From: Alphaproteobacteria bacterium
Lineage (GTDB): Bacteria > Pseudomonadota > Alphaproteobacteria > RF32 > CAG-239
Length of the DNA stretch: 64,000 nucleotides
Direction: 5' to 3'
Assembly: GCA_017635595.1 (NCBI GenBank)
Contig: JAGBLF010000024.1
Location: 4,441-68,440, forward strand
In this document: one piece after another, positions 20,262 to 29,203 of the stretch
Layout: each line of letters begins with the position of its first letter
How positions within the stretch are numbered: the first letter of the stretch is position 1
Translations under genes and position numbers: made by a program
The notes under the pieces: generated by a model
Database searches by the model: none
Seen by the model: only the letters and a program-made list of their open reading frames with translations
Told to the model about the DNA's origin: nothing

Positions 20262-20929
20262 TTATTTTTTATAATACCTAAACCGATCAAGTGGATCATA
20301 TCCTGCCGGACGATATTTATCGCAAGCCTCATAGGCGGAACGATATTGCCCGCTTTGTGCCATTTGTCGTCCGTCTGCATTTACTCGCATGTCATTACGA
20401 AAATCATCATTAGCCTGTTGGAAAGTTTTTCCTTTAAGAAGTACGTTTTTAGGATAGTCAATTAATTCTCTTCCTAAACCGATTGCCCCCGCTGTCGCCG
20501 AGCCCAAAGTTCCTCTTTGCGCTGCATCATAATTTCCGACACAATGATAGTAATTGTCAATGGTGGTACCTTGTTTTTGCATTTCCGGTGTACTTTTGTA
20601 GTTAGCATTTACCATGTTTATATAGTTTTCACCTAAATCTCTTGCTGCTCCAACAATCTGATTTGTAAAACTTTTATCAGATTGAGGTGTATCAGATGTA
20701 CGAACAAAACTTTCAATTGCGGAAGTAAAGGTATTTCTTTTATCGGCACGCAATTCTGGATAACCATATGCAGATTGAGTATTATTCTGTGTCTGCACCG
20801 GTTGTAGTGGTGTCGGTGTTGTATTCATTGCCGGATGATGACTTATCGCATCACTTATATTCGAGCTGCCGAAGCCGTAGTTATTTTCAGGGCTACCCCA
20901 AAAGTTTGTCCCGACTTGCGGGTAGTTTT
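20262..20929 (-). CDS. Orphan cassette: partial conserved N-terminal repeat fused in frame to a serum-amyloid-A-like C-terminal domain
   Basis: Frame is open upstream of Met 20828 (NYPQVGTNFWGSPENNYGFGSSNISDAISHHPAMNTTP); C-terminus GAARDL..NY...DNYYHCVGNYDAAQRG...DMRVNADGR...YRPAG. Confidence 0.75.
20813..20929 (-). repeat. Repeat copy B of the conserved N-terminal segment
   Basis: Near-identical to 22079-22195 (offset 1266 bp). Confidence 0.93.
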
Positions 20930-20974
20930 TATATAACCTAAAGTATATATTTTAAATATTTTTCAATTTATATA

Positions 20975-21002
20975 TTGACTTATACTGAAAAAGTGTTATA
21001 CT
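20975..21002 (+). promoter_or_regulatory. Sigma70 promoter (TTGACT-16 bp-TATACT with extended -10 TG) facing the 3' end of 21153..22373
   Basis: ttgact 20975-20980; tg-t-tatact 20994-21002. Confidence 0.7.
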
Positions 21003-21007
21003 AGAAG

Positions 21008-21140
21008 TACCTTAAGGTATTTCTCTCCAATAGGAACGAAAGATTTTAATCGCCTATTGTCGTATCTTGGATCGTGCTAGACTGTCGATTTAAGGATAGA
21101 GAAAAAGGAAGGAAGCTATTTTTAAGATAGCTTCCTTTTT
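21008..21140 (+). ncRNA. Putative ~130-nt structured small RNA
   Basis: Lies between promoter and terminator, no ORF; stems tttctct/agagaaa, caatagg/cctattg, tatcttggatcg/cgatttaaggata. Confidence 0.5.
21109..21140. terminator. Bidirectional Rho-independent terminator
   Basis: aaggaagctat / atagcttcctt stem flanked by A- and T-tracts. Confidence 0.85.
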
Positions 21141-21152
21141 AGTTTTTAATTA

Positions 21153-22373
21153 TTATTTAAAGTAATACATGGAAGCAACCGTTGAACCTTCTTCCACTGG
21201 AGATGTTACTAACCTTAATGTTCCGTCATAATTACGCACCAAATATACATTTTGCCCAAATTCATTTGATTCAAAAGGTTTTTGTTGAATAATCCTCGGT
21301 ATTTTTTGTGCATCTGCTCGCCCAATACGATGTCTGTATATAAATTTATCCAAGCCATAGTTCTGGACGCTACCGGTTTCTCGTCCTAATGACTTTCCAT
21401 GAACTATTACTTCTCCGTTTGGCCCCTTTATAGCCTCACCGCGTTGAAGAACGACCGGTTCGCCGTTATGATTTCTCATGCGCGCAATAACATCGCGGCC
21501 GTTACCTTGAAACGGATCTGCAGTTAATTTATCGTATGCTTTTCCGATTTTATAACCGTTATAGGCCATATTTGCCTGATTATAGCCGGCATTTGCCAGT
21601 GCACCTCCAGTTAAAGCACTGCCACCATAACCGGCTATTTGACCTGCTGTCTGTGCCAAATTGCGACTTTGCGCATCTTTTAACTGCAAATAATCATTCA
21701 TTTGTGAATCAAACCCGAGTTTGTTACCCAACCAGTCCAATCCGCCAAAGGTCATCCCGTTAACAGTCCTGTTCATACCATAAAGAACATCCATAGCATT
21801 CATCAACATATCATTTTCAACGGCACGTCTCCGTTGTTGTGCCCAAACACCTGTTTGTGGCAAAGAAGCTGATGAAATCTTGTTTATGTCGTTCGGTGTT
21901 GTGTAATTTTGTTGATTAGTCAACGTATTGCTATAATCGTCGTTCCATGTAGGTGTATGACTGCCATCAAAGCTGTTACCTATACCGGACATAAAGCTAC
22001 CGGCAACATTTGCCTGTTCATAATTGTTTATGGCTCGCTGATAATCATCCGATGTCGCTGACATCTGCATAATCGGCATCGGCGTGGTATTCATTGCCGG
22101 ATGATGACTTATCGCATCACTTATATTCGAACTGCCGAAGCCGTAGTTGTTTTCAGGGTTACCCCAAAAGTTGGTAGTATATTGCGGATAGTTTTCCGTT
22201 ATGCCTTGATTATTGTAGTTCTGTATGAGTTGATTTTCACGTTCCGCCCGTGCTGTTTGATACTCTATCTCATCACGAAGCGAAAACTGACTATGGTCAA
22301 CCCCAAACGTATCTATTTTATTGTCCCCCGTTTCATAGCCTAACGGTGATTTATATTTTTTCCATATATCCAT
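21153..22373 (-). CDS. Full-length putative polymorphic toxin: conserved N-terminal domain, linker, Gly-rich helical region and BECR/PBECR-like nuclease C-terminus
   Basis: SD agaggag; part of the N-terminal region is repeated twice downstream; GMTFGGLD...AGYGGSALTGG segment; C-terminal VVLQRG...YGLDKFIYRH...IPRIIQQ...VASMY. Confidence 0.65.
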   Translation of the reverse strand: MDIWKKYKSPLGYETGDNKIDTFGVDHSQFSLRDEIEYQTARAERENQLIQNYNNQGITENYPQYTTNFWGNPENNYGFGSSNISDAISHHPAMNTTPMPIMQMSATSDDYQRAINNYEQANVAGSFMSGIGNSFDGSHTPTWNDDYSNTLTNQQNYTTPNDINKISSASLPQTGVWAQQRRRAVENDMLMNAMDVLYGMNRTVNGMTFGGLDWLGNKLGFDSQMNDYLQLKDAQSRNLAQTAGQIAGYGGSALTGGALANAGYNQANMAYNGYKIGKAYDKLTADPFQGNGRDVIARMRNHNGEPVVLQRGEAIKGPNGEVIVHGKSLGRETGSVQNYGLDKFIYRHRIGRADAQKIPRIIQQKPFESNEFGQNVYLVRNYDGTLRLVTSPVEEGSTVASMYYFK

Positions 22374-22533
22374 TTTTTAACTCCTCTCTTAAAATTTGCT
22401 CATTCATAAGTTTTTTCCTTTTCTAATATTTTAAGTTATTATAAAATGGATACAGATTATTTTGCCTCCTTTCGCCATAAAATCGGTTAATAATACAATT
22501 TCATGCAAATGAATATGCTCCATTTCAAGATAA

Positions 22534-22562
22534 ATGTTATGATTTAAAATAATAATTGTCAA
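22534..22562 (-). promoter_or_regulatory. Putative sigma70 promoter for the cassette locus
   Basis: TTGACA-17 bp-TAACAT on the minus strand. Confidence 0.6.
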
Positions 22563-22812
22563 GTTTAAAAATAAGAAATATACAATAATTATAATTATGA
22601 AAAAGAATAATCTTATTTATGTCATAAAACAATTACTGACTATGATGAGACGATATTTAAGGCTACCAAACATAATAATTCAGCCTTAAAAGAAATCACT
22701 TAGAAAATATGTTATTTTGAGCTAAGCGGCGCATAACCTCGCAAAATTTATTGACGGGTAAGGCGGCTTTTGTTATAAATCATGTCATTATTTCGTATTA
22801 GGGAGACCGCTG

Positions 22813-23241
22813 ATGAAAGATTTTACATTTGCTGAAATTAAAGATGCCTGTCAGGCTATTGCTGATAAAATTAAATCGGAGAATCCGAGCAAAATCACGA
22901 TAGCGGCGGTATCACGCGGCGGGCTGATTCCGGCCACCATGACAGCTCATTTGTTAGGTATTAAGGACATTCGTTTTATCCGTCTTTCTTCTTATGCCAG
23001 TGATAAGCAACAATCCGAGATTCTCGATACAACGCTCGATGAAATTCCGAATGACCCGACAACTTATATTATAGACGATATCTGTGACAGCGGCGAAACC
23101 TTATTGTATTTGCGTCATAAATATCCGGCGACTAAAATTTATACCGTTATCAATAAAAATCAGTCCATAGTTCCGGATTTTGCGCCGATTACCGAACCGG
23201 CAGGGTTGTGGATTAACTTTCCGTGGGAAGTCGTTGAGTAA
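22813..23241 (+). CDS. Purine (xanthine/guanine-type) phosphoribosyltransferase
   Basis: AVSRGGLIPA, IIDDICDSGET PRPP-binding loop, WINFPWE. Confidence 0.88.
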   Translation: MKDFTFAEIKDACQAIADKIKSENPSKITIAAVSRGGLIPATMTAHLLGIKDIRFIRLSSYASDKQQSEILDTTLDEIPNDPTTYIIDDICDSGETLLYLRHKYPATKIYTVINKNQSIVPDFAPITEPAGLWINFPWEVVE

Positions 23242-23246
23242 TTCCC

Positions 23247-23765
23247 CTATTTTTTAAGCTTTTCCAAAACGGCAAACGGATTATCTTTTTTAATCGGTTC
23301 GACTTCGGCATATTGCGAAAAATCAAAAACCTCCCCTTCGGCACGCGGATAATCGTCTAAATTCAGCGCAATCTGTTCAATGGCTATATCGGCCAAATTA
23401 ATCCGTCCGTTTTCGATAATATCCGGAACATCGTCATTAATGCCGGCTTCCATATCCTTAATATCCTGATACGTTGCCTTGGTATCAAACATTAATTCAA
23501 ACGGCACATCAAAATCTTTTACAAAATTTTCCAAACTGATAACGCTTTTGAGCTCTATTTTGGCGGCAACATTTCCCCATACCTTCATTAAATGCTCTTT
23601 AATATTGAGTTTCAAGAAAATTTCGGCCTTAAACATTTTAACATTTTCAACCTGCAAAACAGCCGTTATATCCTTAAGTTCATCGGCATCGGCATTGAGC
23701 TCGAATTTGTACCGGTTCTGATTTAATTCATCTATTTTGATAGGATATGAAAAAATTTTTTGCAT
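23247..23765 (-). CDS. DUF177/YceD family protein
   Basis: SVISLE, INLADIAIEQIALNLDDYPR, NPFAVLEKLK; divergent from bamE as in alphaproteobacteria. Confidence 0.88.
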   Translation of the reverse strand: MQKIFSYPIKIDELNQNRYKFELNADADELKDITAVLQVENVKMFKAEIFLKLNIKEHLMKVWGNVAAKIELKSVISLENFVKDFDVPFELMFDTKATYQDIKDMEAGINDDVPDIIENGRINLADIAIEQIALNLDDYPRAEGEVFDFSQYAEVEPIKKDNPFAVLEKLKK

Positions 23766-23823
23766 TATAAAATCCTTGTGTTATATATACAGTATAGAAA
23801 TATAAATATAAGGAATCATACAG

Positions 23824-24279
23824 ATGTCAATACGCAAATTATTTTTTCTTTGTGCCGTGTTAGTATGTAGCGGTTGTTCTTCCGACGTGTTTTTGGATCA
23901 CAACGGCAATATGCCGGAAAATGAAAAAATAGCCCAAATACATAACGGTTTAACCAAAGACGAAGTCAAAGAAATTTTAGGTGCACCGAGCTTAACAACA
24001 GGCTTAAGCGATGACCATTGGATTTATATGTCCTCAACCATCAGACGTGTTGCTTTTATGCGTCCGACGGAACTTGACCGCCAGGTGCTGGCTCTTACGT
24101 TTGATGATGATAAGGTCAGCAAAATAGATACACGAACAATGGCCGACGGAAATAATATTGCCATTGACCAGGATAAAACATTATCTGCCGACAGAAAACA
24201 AGGATTCTTCCAAAAGTATTTCGGCGGTGTCGGTACTTATATGCCTTTCGGTAACGGAAAATCAGACAAAGGACTTTAA
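23824..24279 (+). CDS. bamE: Outer membrane protein assembly factor BamE
   Basis: Lipobox CSGC; TKDEVKEILGAPS, WIYMS, VLALTFD. Confidence 0.88.
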   Translation: MSIRKLFFLCAVLVCSGCSSDVFLDHNGNMPENEKIAQIHNGLTKDEVKEILGAPSLTTGLSDDHWIYMSSTIRRVAFMRPTELDRQVLALTFDDDKVSKIDTRTMADGNNIAIDQDKTLSADRKQGFFQKYFGGVGTYMPFGNGKSDKGL

Positions 24280-24281
24280 TC

Positions 24282-25682
24282 GTGATTGAAAACTTAGAAA
24301 CTAACCTGCCGCGTACATTGGCTCACTTCGGTATTTTCGGCTCTATCGGCAAAATTATCGAAGGTCCGCTTATTACCGAAGTCGAATTCAAATTAGCGGA
24401 AGGTACAAAATTTGCCAATGTTGAAAAAATGACGCGTGATATTGCCCGCGAACTCGGTGTCAGCGGTGTGCGTGCCAAAGAAATTCCCAACTCAACCTAT
24501 ATTTGTTTTGAAGTGCCGCAGCCGCAGGCAACAACAATTCCGTTTCCGCCGTTGGTTTATTCGGCCGAATTTGTGCGTGCCACCTATGCTTTACCGATTT
24601 GTGTCGGCGTTAATATGCGCGGCGAACCTCTGATGAAAGATTTAAGCAAAATGCCGCACCTGCTGGTGGCCGGTACGACCGGTTCGGGTAAATCGGTCGG
24701 CTTAAACACATTTATTTTATCGCTTATTAACAAAAAAACACCTGAAGAATTACAGCTTGTTTTAATCGATCCGAAACGTATCGAATTTTCGATGTATAAT
24801 AACCAAAAATACATGTACCGCCCTGTTATTACCGATATGAATGAGGCCAGCACCTGCTTGGAACAACTTGTCAATGAAATGAACTATCGCTACACACTGT
24901 TTGAACAGCAAATGGTTCGCAATATCGGCGAATACCTTGAAAAAGGTTTTAAAATGCCGTATATCGTCTGTGTTATCGATGAGTTTGCCGACTTGATTAT
25001 GTTTGATAAAACGGTTGAAAAACAAGTGTTACAGTTGGCTCAAAAGGCACGGGCATCCGGTATTCACCTTATTATTGCCACCCAGCGTCCGTCGGTTGAT
25101 GTAATAACCGGTACCATTAAGGCAAATTTGCCGACACGTTTATCGTATAAAGTATCCTCACCGACCGATTCAATGATTATCTTAAATTCGTTAGGCGCTG
25201 AAATGCTTTTGGGACGTGGTGATTCGTTGCTTTTGGAAGAAAACGGCACATTAACACGTGTTTTAGGCGCGTATGTATCTAATCAGGAAATTTTGAATAT
25301 GTTAGAACCTTACCGCATTAAAGATACGCAACAAAAGTTTTCCAACATTTTGGCCGAACAGCGTCAACAGGCTCAAGAACAGGCAAATCAAAATTATCGC
25401 GACCATTTAGAAGCCGAACAGCAAAAGACTATATCTTGGAAAATCCGCAACTGGTGGGAAAAAATCGGCAAAGTTAATCAAAGAAGGATCATCAACTTCT
25501 TTATTACCATTGCCATGGGGATTATTTCAGGAATGACCGGTTCTTCGGCCAAAAAGAAATCGACCTCCGATGTTATTTCAAGTGCCACCAATCGGGCCGT
25601 CGGTTCAGTCAAACGCTCAATTAAAGCGCAGGCCAAAAAAGCCGTTACCGATGCGGTATTGAACTCGTTAAAGAAGAAATAA
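24282..25682 (+). CDS. FtsK/SpoIIIE motor-domain ATPase lacking N-terminal TMs and the gamma domain
   Basis: FtsK alpha-like start, MPHLLVAGTTGSGKSV, IDEFADL, ARASGIHLIIATQRPSVDVITG, GAEMLLGRGD. Confidence 0.88.
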   Translation: MIENLETNLPRTLAHFGIFGSIGKIIEGPLITEVEFKLAEGTKFANVEKMTRDIARELGVSGVRAKEIPNSTYICFEVPQPQATTIPFPPLVYSAEFVRATYALPICVGVNMRGEPLMKDLSKMPHLLVAGTTGSGKSVGLNTFILSLINKKTPEELQLVLIDPKRIEFSMYNNQKYMYRPVITDMNEASTCLEQLVNEMNYRYTLFEQQMVRNIGEYLEKGFKMPYIVCVIDEFADLIMFDKTVEKQVLQLAQKARASGIHLIIATQRPSVDVITGTIKANLPTRLSYKVSSPTDSMIILNSLGAEMLLGRGDSLLLEENGTLTRVLGAYVSNQEILNMLEPYRIKDTQQKFSNILAEQRQQAQEQANQNYRDHLEAEQQKTISWKIRNWWEKIGKVNQRRIINFFITIAMGIISGMTGSSAKKKSTSDVISSATNRAVGSVKRSIKAQAKKAVTDAVLNSLKKK

Positions 25683-25694
25683 CTTTTTTTAAGC

Positions 25695-26270
25695 TTAACT
25701 GTGGCCGGTTATATTAATTAACCGGTCTAAGTTTATGCCGGTTTCATCTATGGCACGTTGCCATTTTTCCTCATCTTTGGTGCGGAATAACAGTTCTTTA
25801 TCCGAATTGATAACTAACCAATCATTTCTAAATATTTCCGCTTCCAATTGTCGCGGCTGCCAAAAAGAGTACCCAAGTGCGACCAGCTTATCGTGCGGTC
25901 CCTGATCAAAAGCAATATCGGCGATAATTTCATTGGTAGAAGAAACAGCAATTCCGTTACCTATAACAATGGTCCCTTCACGAACATAATCTGTTGAATG
26001 CAGTACCATTCCCCTGACCTTTTCCAACGGTCCGCCGCTGTATAAATTAACTTCGTTCAGTTTGGCATAATTTTTTACCGGCAACTGCATGGTTAAATCC
26101 GAAAAAGTATATGTTTCCAAACGCTTATTGACAATAACGCCCATAGCGCCGTTTTGCCCGTGCGAGCAAATATAAATAACGGAACGCCCGAAACACTCAT
26201 CATCATTGAGTGTGGACGTAGCTATCAAAAGCTTGCCGGTTAGAGCATATCTGTTATCAAAATTATCCAT
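25695..26270 (-). CDS. YqgE/AlgH (DUF179) family protein
   Basis: GKLLIA, FGRSVIYICSH, GAMGVIVN, GGP, GYSFW..QLEAEI..NDWL. Confidence 0.92.
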   Translation of the reverse strand: MDNFDNRYALTGKLLIATSTLNDDECFGRSVIYICSHGQNGAMGVIVNKRLETYTFSDLTMQLPVKNYAKLNEVNLYSGGPLEKVRGMVLHSTDYVREGTIVIGNGIAVSSTNEIIADIAFDQGPHDKLVALGYSFWQPRQLEAEIFRNDWLVINSDKELLFRTKDEEKWQRAIDETGINLDRLINITGHS

Positions 26271-26363
26271 TGTTACATAAACCTTAAAAGCTAATTTTTT
26301 TTTTACTATTTCAGTATATCATATATTTTTACAAACGGAAAGTTAAAAACTTATAAATTTGAA

Positions 26364-29078
26364 ATGAGATATTTATTTTTTTATATAATGTGCTGTCTGG
26401 CACTTTTCAATAGCTCGGCCCGGGCAGGCATTTCCGATTTGCCCGCTGATTTTGAGGGCTATAACACGCGCCTTGAAATGGAAAAGATTGAAAATGACGA
26501 ACAAATACGTCCGACAATTGGCGCCACCATCAATATTTTATACGAAATCGGCGAATACGTTTACAAAAAATATACCATTGAAGAAATATCTGATCCGAAA
26601 TTTATCAATGTCATACGACAATTTTTCCCTGAAGAAAATGATGAGCAGCTTGAAGAAAAACGTCATTATCTGGAAATCAGTTATTACGCGTATCAGAAGG
26701 CTATGCAAATATATAATAAAGTCATTTCCTATAAATTGTTTCCGGATAAGCCTAAAAGAATCAAGTCCGACGACGAATATGATCATCCTAATGAAGTACC
26801 TTACAAAGAAGCGCCGGAAGGCAAATTTTATGTTGTTCATAATTTCAAAAAATTTTTATCTTACAGTACAAATCCGGACGAGATTCGTTCTATTTCCGCT
26901 TATGAACACGAAAAGAAAAAAGAACTTGATGCCATGGATCAAATCAATGAGGCTCTGCAAAAAATAAATTGGAAAAAAGTATGGCTCTACGGTTATAAAT
27001 ACAAGAATCCGTTGCTTTCCGATTTGGGTATAAGCGCGTGGTATGATACGCCTTATGTCGGTGTCCGTCTGGTAACGCCCGATACTTATATTAATAAAAA
27101 AGAAACAATGGATTTCGGCATTCAGATTATCACAAAAATGTCGACATTTGTTTTGGCCAACAACATCGATCCGCTGCACTTAAAACCGCAGATTGATTTA
27201 TCGCAGTCAACGAATGTCAAGAACATTAAAATAGCATATCCGGTACCGCTTAATTCCGGTTTTGATACGTATGCTTACAAATACTACGGAGATTTCATTA
27301 TTCCGTTTACCGTAGATGTTGTCGATATCGACAAACCGATCACGATTAAAGGCGAAATCAAACTGTCGTCTTGTGATGTTTACATGGATTGCGATAACAG
27401 AAATATCCCTTTAGAGCTGACTGTAGAACCTTCCGGACATGATTATCTGCCTAACGGCCTGAGTTATGCCTTTTTACAAGATAAGTCATCGGTACCTGAG
27501 GATGAAAGTAAACATCTGAGACTCAAAAAGATGTTTATAGATAAGAGAAATGATCGTCAAAGTGTTCATCTGCAGTTTACAACCGATAAAAAAATTCAAA
27601 ATTTTAAGGCTTTTGTTGAAGAGGTCGGCGGATATACCCGTTTCAATTCACCTTTTATTCGCTTACATGATAATAAAATCGATGTTTCTTTTGAGCCGAT
27701 TGATGAAGATAAAGATGTTGATTTAATCGGCTCCGAATTAACAATAACCGCTGCTCTTAACTCGACATACAATATTCGGGTTACATTGCCGGCCGAAGAG
27801 GTATCAAGTTTTGATCCTGACAAAGCATCTCTCAATTGGGGAATTATCTTTTTTGCCGTGCTAGGCGGTTTTATTTTGAATTTTATGCCGTGTGTTTTTC
27901 CTATATTGTCGTTAAAAATTATTTCGTTCAGCCGCACGGAAGAAAAGCATCGCAAACTGCTGAAACGCTCGCTTAAATTAACCTGTTTGGGAATTTATGC
28001 CGGTTTTACCGTTTTGATTATCGCCTTAATCATTGCTAAGTATCTGGGATATTCTTTAGGTTGGGGCATGCAGTTCCAAAACTTAAGTTTTCTGATTATC
28101 ATGACATTTATTTTAGGGTGTTTTGTGGTTTTAATGCCATCACTCAATTTTAACTTTTTGTCTCGCTTTACCAATCAGGCTCTATCACCCAAAGCCACAT
28201 TTTTAGTCGGCACGCTTATAGTCTTATTATCCACGCCTTGTACCGGTCCGTATTTAGCAACGGCTATCGGTTTTGCCTTGGCCGGCACCTATACCGAATT
28301 GGTCATTATATTGTATGCTGTAGCACTCGGTTTATCGCTGCCTTATCTGATTACTTTATGTGCCGATGAGCCGGAAAAACTTTTTCCAAAGCCGGGAAAA
28401 TGGATGTCAACACTGCATTATATTACGCAAATCATGTTGTATCTGACCATCTTGTGGTTCTTCAGCTTAATTTGGGGACAAACCGATACTATAACCGTGC
28501 TTAAAATACTTGGCTTCCTGGTTATCTTTGTTTGGATTTTCAGTATTCACCATAAATTCAGGCAATACCTGGAAGGTGTTTTGGATGAGGAAATAACCGA
28601 TAGTCTGCTCAAAAAAATAAAATTAACCGAACTTATCATATTGACACTGTTATTTGTGCTCTTTATCGGCTGGAGCACTTCAATTGCCCAAAAAAGTTAT
28701 GAATTCAATCATGCGCTCAATATGGTTAACAGGCAAACCGAAATCGATAAATTCAAGATTCAGGAAAAATTATCGCAGGGTCGATCGGTTTTGCTTGAAA
28801 TCGGTGCCGATTGGTGCATGACTTGTCACGTCAATAATTTTCTGTTGTTCAACAAAAATAATATTGAATTTTGGAAAAACGAATACCATCTCGACTTAAT
28901 TAAGATTGATTGGACAAATTATAATAAAGATATTTTAGACTACATGGAAAAATACGGGCGCAAAGGACTTCCTTTTTATATTTTATACACACCGTACATT
29001 CGCGAAGGTATTGTCTTACCGGAAATATTCAGCATTGAAGACTTACAAAACCTGATATATAATTCCAGAAAAAAATAA
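26364..29078 (+). CDS. DsbD-like thiol:disulfide interchange protein with a long N-terminal extension
   Basis: GGFILNFMPCVFPILSLK, LSTPCTGP, PKPGKWM, C-terminal thioredoxin ADWCMTC. Confidence 0.88.
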   Translation: MRYLFFYIMCCLALFNSSARAGISDLPADFEGYNTRLEMEKIENDEQIRPTIGATINILYEIGEYVYKKYTIEEISDPKFINVIRQFFPEENDEQLEEKRHYLEISYYAYQKAMQIYNKVISYKLFPDKPKRIKSDDEYDHPNEVPYKEAPEGKFYVVHNFKKFLSYSTNPDEIRSISAYEHEKKKELDAMDQINEALQKINWKKVWLYGYKYKNPLLSDLGISAWYDTPYVGVRLVTPDTYINKKETMDFGIQIITKMSTFVLANNIDPLHLKPQIDLSQSTNVKNIKIAYPVPLNSGFDTYAYKYYGDFIIPFTVDVVDIDKPITIKGEIKLSSCDVYMDCDNRNIPLELTVEPSGHDYLPNGLSYAFLQDKSSVPEDESKHLRLKKMFIDKRNDRQSVHLQFTTDKKIQNFKAFVEEVGGYTRFNSPFIRLHDNKIDVSFEPIDEDKDVDLIGSELTITAALNSTYNIRVTLPAEEVSSFDPDKASLNWGIIFFAVLGGFILNFMPCVFPILSLKIISFSRTEEKHRKLLKRSLKLTCLGIYAGFTVLIIALIIAKYLGYSLGWGMQFQNLSFLIIMTFILGCFVVLMPSLNFNFLSRFTNQALSPKATFLVGTLIVLLSTPCTGPYLATAIGFALAGTYTELVIILYAVALGLSLPYLITLCADEPEKLFPKPGKWMSTLHYITQIMLYLTILWFFSLIWGQTDTITVLKILGFLVIFVWIFSIHHKFRQYLEGVLDEEITDSLLKKIKLTELIILTLLFVLFIGWSTSIAQKSYEFNHALNMVNRQTEIDKFKIQEKLSQGRSVLLEIGADWCMTCHVNNFLLFNKNNIEFWKNEYHLDLIKIDWTNYNKDILDYMEKYGRKGLPFYILYTPYIREGIVLPEIFSIEDLQNLIYNSRKK

Positions 29079-29203
29079 GATATCTCAGCTTTGAAAATTA
29101 AATGCATAAACGTTTTTTATTATCGGATAAATCTCTGTTATAATTGTGGAATACGCACATTAAAAAGCACCTCAAACGAGGTGCTTTTTAATGTTGCAAG
29201 ATA

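Noticed and set aside
17830-22259. Diversity-generating retroelement (TR/VR pair) as the explanation for the three repeats
   Set aside because: Differences between copies are not confined to adenines, the repeat is N-terminal rather than C-terminal, and no reverse transcriptase is present in the window.
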